Positions 20,239-28,898 of a stretch of 64,000 nucleotides of DNA are shown here, one piece after another. The first letter of the stretch is position 1, and every line of letters starts with the position of its first letter. This DNA comes from Bacteroidota bacterium (GTDB lineage: Bacteria > Bacteroidota > Bacteroidia > Chitinophagales > Chitinophagaceae), in the NCBI GenBank assembly GCA_023423285.1, contig JAFAFV010000214.1:53285-117284 (forward strand). The letters run 5' to 3'. Under the pieces are notes generated by a model, which was not told the DNA's origin, searched no databases, and saw only the letters and a program-made list of their open reading frames with translations. A program made the translations under genes and the position numbers.

Positions 20239-20835
20239 TTAATACATACTTTTTTGTGCGAAAGAACTTATCTCAGCTTTCATGTCCTGCAGGTAATCAA
20301 TATCATCAAAGCCATTCATCATGTTATGTTTTTTATAACCGTTGATGTCGAACGATTCGCTTTCGCCTGTTGCAAGAATGGTGACTTTTTGTTCCGGCAG
20401 ATTGACTTCAAATCCAGCAAGGGGATCAGCTTCAATGGCTTTAAAAATTTTGTCCAGAAAAGCTTCACTAACTGTTACCGGAAGTATGCCGATGTTTAAA
20501 GAATTACCCTTAAAAATATCAGCAAAAAAACTGCTGATCACACAACGAAATCCGTAATCATAAATAGCCCAGGCTGCGTGCTCTCGGCTGCTGCCGCTGC
20601 CAAAGTTTTTGCCAGCTACCAAAATTTTTCCAGAGTAAATTGGGTTGTTCAATACAAAATCCTGCTTGGGTGTATCGTCATTATTATAGCGCCAGTCGCG
20701 GAAGAGATTGTCGCCAAAGCCCTCGCGCTTGGTAGCTTTTAAAAAGCGCGCTGGTATAATCTGATCGGTATCTACATTTTCAATGGGAAGCGGAACTGCA
20801 GTGGATGTTAGAATTGTGAATTTATCGTAAGCCAT
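20239..20835 (-). CDS. leuD: 3-isopropylmalate dehydratase small subunit
   Basis: NVDTDQIIPARFL and NFGSGSSREHA motifs. Confidence 0.97.
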   Translation of the reverse strand: MAYDKFTILTSTAVPLPIENVDTDQIIPARFLKATKREGFGDNLFRDWRYNNDDTPKQDFVLNNPIYSGKILVAGKNFGSGSSREHAAWAIYDYGFRCVISSFFADIFKGNSLNIGILPVTVSEAFLDKIFKAIEADPLAGFEVNLPEQKVTILATGESESFDINGYKKHNMMNGFDDIDYLQDMKAEISSFAQKSMY

Positions 20836-20915
20836 TTTTTTTAGTTTATTACAGATTAAAGATTACAGATATAAAATTGTTGTGCTATTTAAAATCTGCC
20901 TTTTGCAATTTGAAA

Positions 20916-22319
20916 TTATACCATCAACTCCCTCGGATCCGTCACTACTCCGGTTACGGCAACTGCTGCTGCTACATAAGGGCTTGCTAGCATAGTGCGT
21001 GCACCTGGGCCCTGTCTGCCTTCAAAATTTCTGTTGCTAGTACTAACTGCCAATTTCCCTGCGGGAATTTTATCGTCATTCATGGCCAGACAAGCACTAC
21101 AGCCAGGTTGGCGCAGTTCAAAACCTGCGTCATTCAATATATCCAAAATGCCTTCTTTCCTGATCTGCTCTTCTACAACATGCGAGCCGGGAACCAGCCA
21201 TGCTGTAATGTTATCAGCTTTCTTGCGGCCTTTTACAATGGTTGCAAACGCGCGAAAATCTTCTATGCGGCCATTGGTGCAGCTTCCAAGAAATACATAA
21301 TCCACTTTTTTACCAATCAACTGCTCGCCTTCCTCAAACTGCATGTAGTTCAACGATTTTTTATAAGAGGCTTCACCATCCTGCACTTCGGCAGATTTAG
21401 GAATATTATTGGTAATGCCCGTGCCAAGTCCGGGATTGGTACCATAAGTAATTTGTGGCTCAATATTGGCGGCGTCAAACACAAGTTCTCTATCAAACTC
21501 GGCGTCTGCATCTGTTTTTAACGTTTTCCAGTACGCAAGTGCTTGTTCCCACGCTTCTCCTTTAGGCGCTTTTTCACGTCCTTCTATATAGTCAAACGTT
21601 GTTTGGTCCGGAGCAATCATGCCACCCCGCGCGCCCATTTCTATGCTCATGTTACAAACCGTCATACGGCCTTCCATACTCATGTTCTCAAACACTTCGC
21701 CGGCATATTCTACAAAATAACCGGTTGCGCCGCTGGCCGTTATTTGTGAGATCATATAGAGCGCCACATCTTTGGGCAACACACCACGTCCCAGCTTGCC
21801 ATTGATGGTGATGCGCATTTTCTTTGGCTTAGGCTGCATAATACATTGGGAGGAAAGTACCATTTCAACTTCTGAAGTGCCAATACCAAAAGCGATACAG
21901 CCGAAGGCGCCATGCGTGCTGGTATGAGAGTCGCCGCAAACGATGGTCATACCCGGTTGTGTAATGCCGTTTTCAGGGCCTACCACGTGCACAATACCAT
22001 TTTTAGGACTGCCAAGTGCCCAGATGGAAATGCCCCATTTTTCTGCATTGCTGCTTAAGGCTGCTAATTGCTTTGCAGAAAGGGGGTCTTTAACAGGTTG
22101 ATCCTGATTAATGGTTGGCGTGTTATGATCGGCTGTGGCAAAAGTGCGTTGAGGATACATAACAGGAATGCCTCTTTGCTCCAAACCTAAGAATGCCACG
22201 GGGCTTGTAACTTCGTGAATAAAATGACGGTCAATAAACAATACGTCGGGGCCATCTTCAATGTGGCGTATCACGTGACTGTTCCAAACCTTATCGAACA
22301 ATGTTGTAGCGCTGCTCAT
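20916..22319 (-). CDS. leuC: 3-isopropylmalate dehydratase large subunit
   Basis: [32 protein letters not shown] and [12 protein letters not shown] motifs. Confidence 0.97.
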   Translation of the reverse strand: MSSATTLFDKVWNSHVIRHIEDGPDVLFIDRHFIHEVTSPVAFLGLEQRGIPVMYPQRTFATADHNTPTINQDQPVKDPLSAKQLAALSSNAEKWGISIWALGSPKNGIVHVVGPENGITQPGMTIVCGDSHTSTHGAFGCIAFGIGTSEVEMVLSSQCIMQPKPKKMRITINGKLGRGVLPKDVALYMISQITASGATGYFVEYAGEVFENMSMEGRMTVCNMSIEMGARGGMIAPDQTTFDYIEGREKAPKGEAWEQALAYWKTLKTDADAEFDRELVFDAANIEPQITYGTNPGLGTGITNNIPKSAEVQDGEASYKKSLNYMQFEEGEQLIGKKVDYVFLGSCTNGRIEDFRAFATIVKGRKKADNITAWLVPGSHVVEEQIRKEGILDILNDAGFELRQPGCSACLAMNDDKIPAGKLAVSTSNRNFEGRQGPGARTMLASPYVAAAVAVTGVVTDPRELMV

Positions 22320-22689
22320 TTTTGCAATGTGATTTTTTACTATAAAATAATAATCCGCTCCGGAATGGCAGCGGATAAAGGCCTGTAAAGTTAATGAATT
22401 ATTGCTAAAATTTACCTAGATGCATTGAAAAGTGTTCTACTCAAGCGAACATTCGTTTGAAATAATGTACAAAGGTTTTTCATTGATATACTAAGAAAGT
22501 TGTTTTTTGTTTTATTTCATATCAGGATACCTCCAAAGATTTTCAAGCTAAATGTGGGCGAAACAGTTAAAACACTATAGAGAATAAACTATAAAATTCT
22601 TGTCTTATGACAGGCTGATTTTAGGTAAATAATGATAATTTTAGTACATAAACCAAACGTATATTTTCCCTCACAAACGTAAATACACT

Positions 22690-22967
22690 ATGATTGAAAG
22701 GCGCGAAGAAATGATAACAAATTATATTGAAGGCTATAACAGTTTTGATGTTGACAGAATGGTTGAAGATTTCACAAAGCTATTGTTTTTAGAAACATTG
22801 AGAATGATGAAGAAACCATGCTCCTAAAGGGTATAGATGCATTTAAGCAACAAGCTGAAAACGCAAAGTCTTATTTTGAAAAAAAAGGTGATCAGCTAAG
22901 ATTTGAAGGGATATCAATATTTCGTTTTACCGGTGATAAGATCATTGAATTAACCGATATATTTTAG
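22690..22967 (+). pseudogene. SnoaL/NTF2-like protein pseudogene (frameshift plus internal deletion)
   Basis: Manual translation gives MIERREEMITNYIEGYNSFDVDRMVEDF, a frameshift, then AIVFRNIENDEETMLLKGIDAFKQQAENAKSYFEK-KGDQLRFEGISIFRFTGDKIIELTDIF*. Absent from the ORF track. Confidence 0.7.
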
Positions 22968-22983
22968 TTTAAAAATTTTATGA

Positions 22984-23841
22984 ATGAATAAAATATTTTG
23001 CATTATCCTGTCTATTTTATATACCATAGTGGTTTTTGGACAAACAAATGTTACAACACAAAAGAATGCTGCCAAACCTTTTGTACTTGGCTTTATTGAC
23101 GAAATACAATCAACAGAATTGAATGAAAAAAGGATATTGAATATCTATCTGCCCGAAGGCTATAATCCGCGAGATACTATAGTTTACCCTGTCATTTATT
23201 TACTTGATGGCTCAGCAGATGAAGACTTTATTCATATAGTGGGGCTTGTGCAGTTCAATAGTTTTGAATGGGTAAACCAGGTTTCAAAATCAATCGTTGT
23301 AGGCATTGCAACGGTTGACAGAAGGAGGGATTTTACATTTCCTACATCCATAGCAGAAGATAAAAATGCATACCCGACTTCGGGGCATTCAAATAGATTT
23401 ATTTTATTTATACAAAACGAATTGCAACCATTTATACAGGCGCGCTATAAAACAAATTCTTCAAAAACTATTATCGGGCAATCATTAGGTGGGCTTTTAG
23501 CAACTGAAATCTTATTTAATAAACCGGAACTTTTTAATAAGTACATCATTGTTAGCCCCAGTTTGTGGTGGGATAACGGGTCATTATTAAACCAGCCTCT
23601 TGCTCGTTTTGAGCGTAAAGATATTTATATCGGAGTTGGAAAAGAAGGTTTGGCTCCCACTAAAATTCCGAGAGTAATGGAAGTTGATGCGAATATATTA
23701 GCCGACAAAATTAAAAACCTGAAAAGCAGAGAGGTGAATGTTTTTTTCGATTATCTGCCACAGGAAAACCACGCAACCATAATGCACCAGGCTGTGTTAA
23801 ATGCTTTTAAATTTTTAAAACAAATCGTAGCAGCTAAATAA
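22984..23841 (+). CDS. Alpha/beta hydrolase (IroE-like esterase), exported
   Basis: YPVIYLLDG, GQSLGG nucleophile elbow, SPSLWW, ENH. Confidence 0.85.
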   Translation: MNKIFCIILSILYTIVVFGQTNVTTQKNAAKPFVLGFIDEIQSTELNEKRILNIYLPEGYNPRDTIVYPVIYLLDGSADEDFIHIVGLVQFNSFEWVNQVSKSIVVGIATVDRRRDFTFPTSIAEDKNAYPTSGHSNRFILFIQNELQPFIQARYKTNSSKTIIGQSLGGLLATEILFNKPELFNKYIIVSPSLWWDNGSLLNQPLARFERKDIYIGVGKEGLAPTKIPRVMEVDANILADKIKNLKSREVNVFFDYLPQENHATIMHQAVLNAFKFLKQIVAAK

Positions 23842-23899
23842 AGTAAACCTGATAGCTGTATGCTTACCAAACTGACACCGGTAATAAAATAAACCAGAT

Positions 23900-24247
23900 A
23901 TGATAACAATCGCTACACTTAGAAAAATTGCCCTATCGTTTCCTGAAACGACGGAAGATCCCCACTTTGAGAAAACTTCTTTTCGCGTGAAAAATAAAAT
24001 ATTTGCTACGTATGATGAAGTAATGACAAGAGCGTGCATAAAATTATCTGAAATTGACCAGGATGTTTTTTCTTCTGCAGACAGGACATCTATTTTCCCT
24101 GTTGACAGCAAATGGGGCAGGCGGGGCTGGACAGTAATAGAAATGAAAAAAGTTCGCCAGGACATATTCGTTGATGCATTGACAACGGCTTATTGTGAAG
24201 TTGCGCCAGCAAAACTTGCTGGTTTAGTAAGACCGGATAAAGACTGA
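23900..24247 (+). CDS. MmcQ/YjbR family protein
   Basis: ALSFPETTEDPHFEKTSFRVKNKIFA, WG..GWT and AYCEVAP motifs. Confidence 0.85.
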   Translation: MITIATLRKIALSFPETTEDPHFEKTSFRVKNKIFATYDEVMTRACIKLSEIDQDVFSSADRTSIFPVDSKWGRRGWTVIEMKKVRQDIFVDALTTAYCEVAPAKLAGLVRPDKD

Positions 24248-24291
24248 GAAGAAATAATGAACGCTGTCAGCAGACTTAAAACTTAAACGAT

Positions 24292-24762
24292 ATGACAAAA
24301 AGCAAATTATTGGAAATGAACAACGTTGGTATCGTTGTAGAAAACCTTGATAAAGCAATAACTTTTTTTAAAGAAATGGGATTGATATTGGAAGGACGTA
24401 TGTTGGTTGAAGATGAATGGGCTGGACGTGTAACGGGACTTGGGAATCAATCCGTAGAAATTGCCATGATGGTTACACCTGACGGGCACAGCCGTTTAGA
24501 ACTTTCAAAATTTCTTACTCCCGCAACTGTTTCAGATCACAGGACAGCGCCTGTTAATGCTCTCGGTTATCTACGTATTATGTTCAGGGTTCACAATATT
24601 GATGAATTATTATCCAGGCTTGTGAAGTTCGGCGCTAAAATAGTTGGAGAAGTGGTTAACTACCAGAACGTCTATCGGCTATGTTATATACGGGGAACGG
24701 AAGGACTTCTTATTGGACTGGCCGAGCAACTTGGTGAGCAAACAACGACAGATATCTTATAA
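24292..24762 (+). CDS. VOC (glyoxalase/bleomycin resistance) family protein
   Basis: NNVGIVV..L..AI.FF, DGHSRLELS and YRLCYIRG.EG..IGLAE motifs. Confidence 0.9.
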   Translation: MTKSKLLEMNNVGIVVENLDKAITFFKEMGLILEGRMLVEDEWAGRVTGLGNQSVEIAMMVTPDGHSRLELSKFLTPATVSDHRTAPVNALGYLRIMFRVHNIDELLSRLVKFGAKIVGEVVNYQNVYRLCYIRGTEGLLIGLAEQLGEQTTTDIL

Positions 24763-24851
24763 AATTTCTGACATTAAAGCCGCAGATGTAAAAATTATTA
24801 GCCTTGTTCTCAGGTGGTTATAATGAAATTTAAAAATAATTTCAAAAAACG

Positions 24852-24885
24852 CTTGACCCTAACGTTACGTCATATTATACCTTTG
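24852..24885 (+). promoter_or_regulatory. MerR-type promoter/operator
   Basis: CTTGACCCTAACGTTACGTCA dyad next to the -33 element; TACCTTTG at 24878-24885; 22-bp spacer. Confidence 0.75.
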
Positions 24886-24910
24886 TGCAGTCGAAAAAGA
24901 ATAAGAAAGA

Positions 24911-25693
24911 ATGAAAACGCTTACAGTTAAAAAATTGGCAGAAATATCAGGTGTGAGCGTACGCACACTTCATTATTATGACCAGATTGGGTTGCTTCGT
25001 CCATCAGTAAGAACCGAGAAAAAGTACAGGCTTTACGGAAATGAAGAGTTATTGCGCTTGCAGCAAATTTTGTTTTTTCGTGAACTGGACTTTTCGCTTA
25101 AAGATATTCTTGAGATGATGGATGATCCTGACTACAATCTGGTTAAAGCGCTGATGCAGCACAAGTCGGCACTGCTCAACCATAAAAGAAGGATTTCTGA
25201 CTTATTAAGAACGATCGACATCACTATTAATAATCTTAAAAAAGGAGAAATGATGAAAGATCCGGAAGAATTGTACAAAGGTTTTCCCAAAGAAGTGGGA
25301 ACGATCTACAGAAAAGAAGCAATGAATAAGTACGGAGCACAAACCGTTGAACAATCTGAAAAAGATTTGATGAAGCTTGGTAAGGCGGGTGTTGAAGCAC
25401 TTCAAAAAGATATGGAAAATGTCTTCAGTGAATTATTTACCATGAAAAACGACAGTCCGGAATCGGACATCGTACAACAGCACGTTGCAAGGCATTATGG
25501 GATAGTGAGCAAATTTTGGGGCACTTCAGTTGTGCCAGATCAAAAAGCTTGTGCTTATGCTGGATTGGGTGACATGTATTTAAATGACGACCGCTATTTG
25601 GCGAGTGTTACGGATGGAAATCCGCAGCCTGAATTTGCCTTATTCTTGCAAAAAGCTATGAAATGTTTTGTTGAAAGTGCTTTAGCAAAATAA
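24911..25693 (+). CDS. MerR family regulator with TipAS-type C-terminal domain
   Basis: GVSVRTLHYYDQIGLL helix-turn-helix; LGDMYLNDDRY TipAS-like segment. Confidence 0.9.
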   Translation: MKTLTVKKLAEISGVSVRTLHYYDQIGLLRPSVRTEKKYRLYGNEELLRLQQILFFRELDFSLKDILEMMDDPDYNLVKALMQHKSALLNHKRRISDLLRTIDITINNLKKGEMMKDPEELYKGFPKEVGTIYRKEAMNKYGAQTVEQSEKDLMKLGKAGVEALQKDMENVFSELFTMKNDSPESDIVQQHVARHYGIVSKFWGTSVVPDQKACAYAGLGDMYLNDDRYLASVTDGNPQPEFALFLQKAMKCFVESALAK

Positions 25694-25708
25694 GTAAACG
25701 AAAAATAG

Positions 25709-25739
25709 AAGAGAAATCCTGATCAATGGATTTCTCTTT
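25709..25739 (+). terminator. Hairpin after the MerR gene (possible terminator)
   Basis: Perfect 11-bp stem AAGAGAAATCC/GGATTTCTCTT; weak U tail. Confidence 0.5.
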
Positions 25740-25761
25740 ACCATCATCAAAAAACGAAAGT

Positions 25762-26142
25762 ATGAATGAAACAGATTTGATTAAAGAATTCCAATACATT
25801 GAAGACAATTTCAACCGGGCGGTGGTCACAAATGACATTTCAGAAATAAAAAAATGTATTACCAACGATTGGGTATTGGTAGATAGTCAGGGTGGAATTA
25901 TACCGCAAGAGCGGTTTTTTGAAGTACTGAAACAAGGACTGCTTTCTCATTCAGCGATGAACAAAGAAGTGCTGCGGGTAAAAGTTTACGGAGATGTAGC
26001 ACTGGTAACGGGCCGTGGTCAGAACAAAGGAAACTGGCAGGGGCAACCCATGGAAGCAGATGAGTGGATTACAGATGTGTACAAAAACGAAGGTGGTAAA
26101 TGGCTGTGTATACTCACCCATCTGACCCCTGTGAAAAAATAA
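25762..26142 (+). CDS. NTF2-like DUF4440 protein
   Basis: RVKVYGDVALVTGR and TDVY....GKW.C..TH motifs. Confidence 0.8.
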   Translation: MNETDLIKEFQYIEDNFNRAVVTNDISEIKKCITNDWVLVDSQGGIIPQERFFEVLKQGLLSHSAMNKEVLRVKVYGDVALVTGRGQNKGNWQGQPMEADEWITDVYKNEGGKWLCILTHLTPVKK

Positions 26143-26166
26143 AATAAATAAGATAACAGCTTACGA

Positions 26167-26250
26167 ATTATAAAAACTGACACTTTCCGTTTTTATTGAT
26201 GTACTGACCACATCGTACTGTGAAGTGCACCAAAAAACCCGTTGAATTAC
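26167..26250 (+). pseudogene. Collapsed remnant of a second MmcQ/YjbR gene
   Basis: Translates as IIKTDTFR then (+1) FIDVLTTSYCEV. Compare MITIATLR and FVDALTTAYCEV in the intact copy at 23900. Confidence 0.6.
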
Positions 26251-26304
26251 TGAAATCAAATCATAGCGAACAACACTTCATTACACCAGTTCAAATTAAG
26301 AATA

Positions 26305-26787
26305 ATGCTGAGCAATGAACATATCCTGCTAAAAAGACTGACAATGAAAGATGCAGAGGCATTTCATAATTTGTATTTTCCAAAGGTTGAACAAAGACTC
26401 CAATCTGAAATCCGCACCGGTATACACAAAACCCCCACTGAATTTGCAGAATCTATTGCATCCGTTTGTAATGAAATTTTCACGATCAGAATGGCTGCTA
26501 ATCCTGATATAATCATCGGCGATTGTGCATTGCACCATTGGGACGAAGAAACGCATGAGATAGAAATCGGTGGCTCTCTGCTTCCGGCATACTGGGGCAA
26601 AGGGATCATGGCTAAGGCATTTGAACATCTTTTCTGTTTGGCTCGGGAAGAATATAATGCTAAAACGTTGGTAGCGAAAACCGAACAAATAAATAAAAAC
26701 GCATTAAAATTCGCTAAGAAGATGGGGTTTGAGTTTAGAACTTATGAGGAAAATAAAGTTGTTTTATTTAAAAAATTAGAAATATGA
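26305..26787 (+). CDS. GNAT (RimJ/RimL-like) acetyltransferase
   Basis: EIGGSLLPAYWGKGI and N..ALKFAKKMGF motifs. Confidence 0.85.
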   Translation: MLSNEHILLKRLTMKDAEAFHNLYFPKVEQRLQSEIRTGIHKTPTEFAESIASVCNEIFTIRMAANPDIIIGDCALHHWDEETHEIEIGGSLLPAYWGKGIMAKAFEHLFCLAREEYNAKTLVAKTEQINKNALKFAKKMGFEFRTYEENKVVLFKKLEI

Positions 26788-26815
26788 TGAAACATTAATT
26801 AGAAATTCAACCTTA

Positions 26816-27250
26816 ATGAACAAAATAGAGAACAGTAATTTTAAAAGACTTATTGGTGTTTGGGAAACCACCGGAGATATAAAGTCTGGTCAGCACAGCC
26901 AAAAATTAGTTGGTACTGACAGTTACGAATTGATACTTGGCGGAAATTACATTTTACATAGGGCAGACGTTATGATGGGAAACGACAGAAGCGAAACTTT
27001 TGAAATTATAATGTTGGACAACGCCTTACACGAAGCTAAAATGCAATACTTCAACTCAAGAGAGGAAAACGGTATAATGAAATGCTCTACTATAGGCGAT
27101 GAGTTTAAAATTGAAGGAACAGGTTTGAAGTTTAGTGGTGTAATAGATGAAGAAAACACAAAAATCAATGGAAAGTGGTATATAAAAGCTAATAGTGAAG
27201 GGTGGAGAGACTTTATTGATTTACATCTTGTAAAAAGGTATGAGATATGA
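26816..27250 (+). CDS. DUF1579-like beta-barrel protein
   Basis: LIGVWETTG..GTDSYE..LGG..ILH pattern. Confidence 0.55.
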   Translation: MNKIENSNFKRLIGVWETTGDIKSGQHSQKLVGTDSYELILGGNYILHRADVMMGNDRSETFEIIMLDNALHEAKMQYFNSREENGIMKCSTIGDEFKIEGTGLKFSGVIDEENTKINGKWYIKANSEGWRDFIDLHLVKRYEI

Positions 27251-27810
27251 GAAAAGTAATTGCAGCAATCAATACGACACTTGACGCGGTATGCGACCAT
27301 ACAGCAGGGATTTCGGACCAGGAACTGCATCAATATTACGCAGATTTATTAAGCAATGCGGATGCCATTCTGTTTGGCAGGAAAACCTATCAGCTTATGG
27401 AATTTTGGCGAACTTTGGTTGAGAAACCTTCTGGTGAAAAATCAATGGACGATTTTGCCGCTATTATAGATAAGATCCAAAAAATTGTTTTTTCCAGAAC
27501 ACTCAATAGCGTAGAATGGAAAAGTGCGAGGTTGGCAGATCAGAATATAGAAAAAGAAATAGCAGAACTTAAACAGCAATCGGGAAAAGACATTCTTATA
27601 GGCAGTCGCAGTCTGATTTTACAACTGATGAAACTTGACTTGATTGACCAGTACCAGCTTTGTGTGCACCCTATTGTGGCTGGTAGCGGCTTGCCGTTGT
27701 TTGAAGACATCGACAGAACTGTTTTTAAGCTCACTAAAACAAAAATATTCGGCAATGGCGCTGTAATGCTTTACTATAAGCCAACAAATAAAAGCGCTAT
27801 AAACGGTTAA
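27247..27810 (+). CDS. Dihydrofolate reductase / RibD C-terminal domain protein
   Basis: TLD, LFGRKTYQ, KIVFSRTL and LID.Y.LCVHPIVAGSGLPLF motifs; ATGA overlap with the upstream gene. Confidence 0.9.
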   Translation: MRKVIAAINTTLDAVCDHTAGISDQELHQYYADLLSNADAILFGRKTYQLMEFWRTLVEKPSGEKSMDDFAAIIDKIQKIVFSRTLNSVEWKSARLADQNIEKEIAELKQQSGKDILIGSRSLILQLMKLDLIDQYQLCVHPIVAGSGLPLFEDIDRTVFKLTKTKIFGNGAVMLYYKPTNKSAING

Positions 27811-27848
27811 GGACATCTATCATGCAAATCACATGAATAACAAAAGAA

Positions 27849-28414
27849 ATGACAGACAAATTAAAATCGGTGCTTAAGATGTTTGCCGACTTTGATGGAG
27901 AGGAACTTAACAAAATACAATCCTGTTTCAGGCAAAAGGCCGTAAGAAAAAATCATATTTGTTGCATGAAGGTATTATTTGCAAAGAATTTTACTTTGTA
28001 CAAACGGGTTGTGTACGTATATTTTTTGTAGATAAAAACGGGCAGGAAAAGACAAGATATATTATGTTCGATAATTATATTGGAACTGCCTTAACAAGTT
28101 TCATTTCTCAAAAGCCCACCATAGAATTGATAGAAGCTCTTGAAGATACCGAGCTTTTAGCAATCAGTCATACAGATTTTTATCGACTAAATAGCCAAAT
28201 GGATAATTGGAGAAACTTTTATCAACGAATTTTGGAAATGGCTTATTCCTTTCAAAACAGTAAAATTGAGCAAAGAGTAACCCTAAATGCCAAGCAGCGA
28301 TATGAAATTATTTTGAATGAAAATCCTGCTTTGATCCAACAGGTATCTAACAAAATATTGGCATCTTATCTTGATATCCGGGAAGAAACCCTGAGCCGTC
28401 TTAAATCCAAATAA
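27849..28414 (+). pseudogene. Crp/Fnr family regulator split by a frameshift near 27958
   Basis: ORF 27849 (…KAVRKNHI) continues in the -1 frame as LLHEGIICKEFYFV…LASYLDIREETLSR. Adding one T at ATTTG restores one ORF. Confidence 0.8.
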
Positions 28415-28421
28415 TGCGATT

Positions 28422-28435
28422 TTGATCTATGTCAA
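28422..28435 (+). promoter_or_regulatory. Crp/Fnr-type palindrome upstream of the YciI gene
   Basis: TTGAT-CTAT-GTCAA, a near match to TTGAT-N4-ATCAA, 7 nt after the regulator stop. Confidence 0.55.
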
Positions 28436-28526
28436 TTGAAATATGTGTGAGAGCGGACATTTTTGCTTTATAAAAAAAGCAATGAAAAACTTAAAAGAAG
28501 ACAGCACCTTTAAAAGATTAGTAAAA

Positions 28527-28880
28527 ATGAAAGAATTTGTATTACTGTTTCGGATGGACATAATAAGCCAGGAAGCGCAGCCTTCTAAAGAACAAATGGA
28601 AATCTACATGAAACAGTGGATGAGCTGGATCAAAGATATCTCAGAAAAAGGTATGCTTGCCAATGGCGGCAATCACTTTTCAAAACAAGGGAGGGTATTA
28701 AAACCCAATGATCGCGTATTTCAACAACCGTATATTGCTGAAGATATATCCCTTGCCGGCTATATAATTGTTTTGGCTGAAAACCTGGACGAAGCAACAG
28801 ATATCGCTAAAAAATGTCCCATACTAAACGGCCAAAACACAAGTGTGGAAATCCGGGAAACTGCAAAGCCTGGGGAGTAA
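28527..28880 (+). CDS. YciI/DGPF family protein
   Basis: MKEFVLLFR, W..W and GYIIV.A..LDEA..IAK.CP….VEIRE motifs. Confidence 0.85.
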   Translation: MKEFVLLFRMDIISQEAQPSKEQMEIYMKQWMSWIKDISEKGMLANGGNHFSKQGRVLKPNDRVFQQPYIAEDISLAGYIIVLAENLDEATDIAKKCPILNGQNTSVEIRETAKPGE

Positions 28881-28898
28881 GCATTAATAATAGTTTGC

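Noticed and set aside
22968..28526. Integron attC sites between the small accessory genes
   Set aside because: No RYYYAAC…GTTRRRY palindromic units were found. The only shared spacer word noticed (AAACTGACAC at about 23869 and 26174) is too short.
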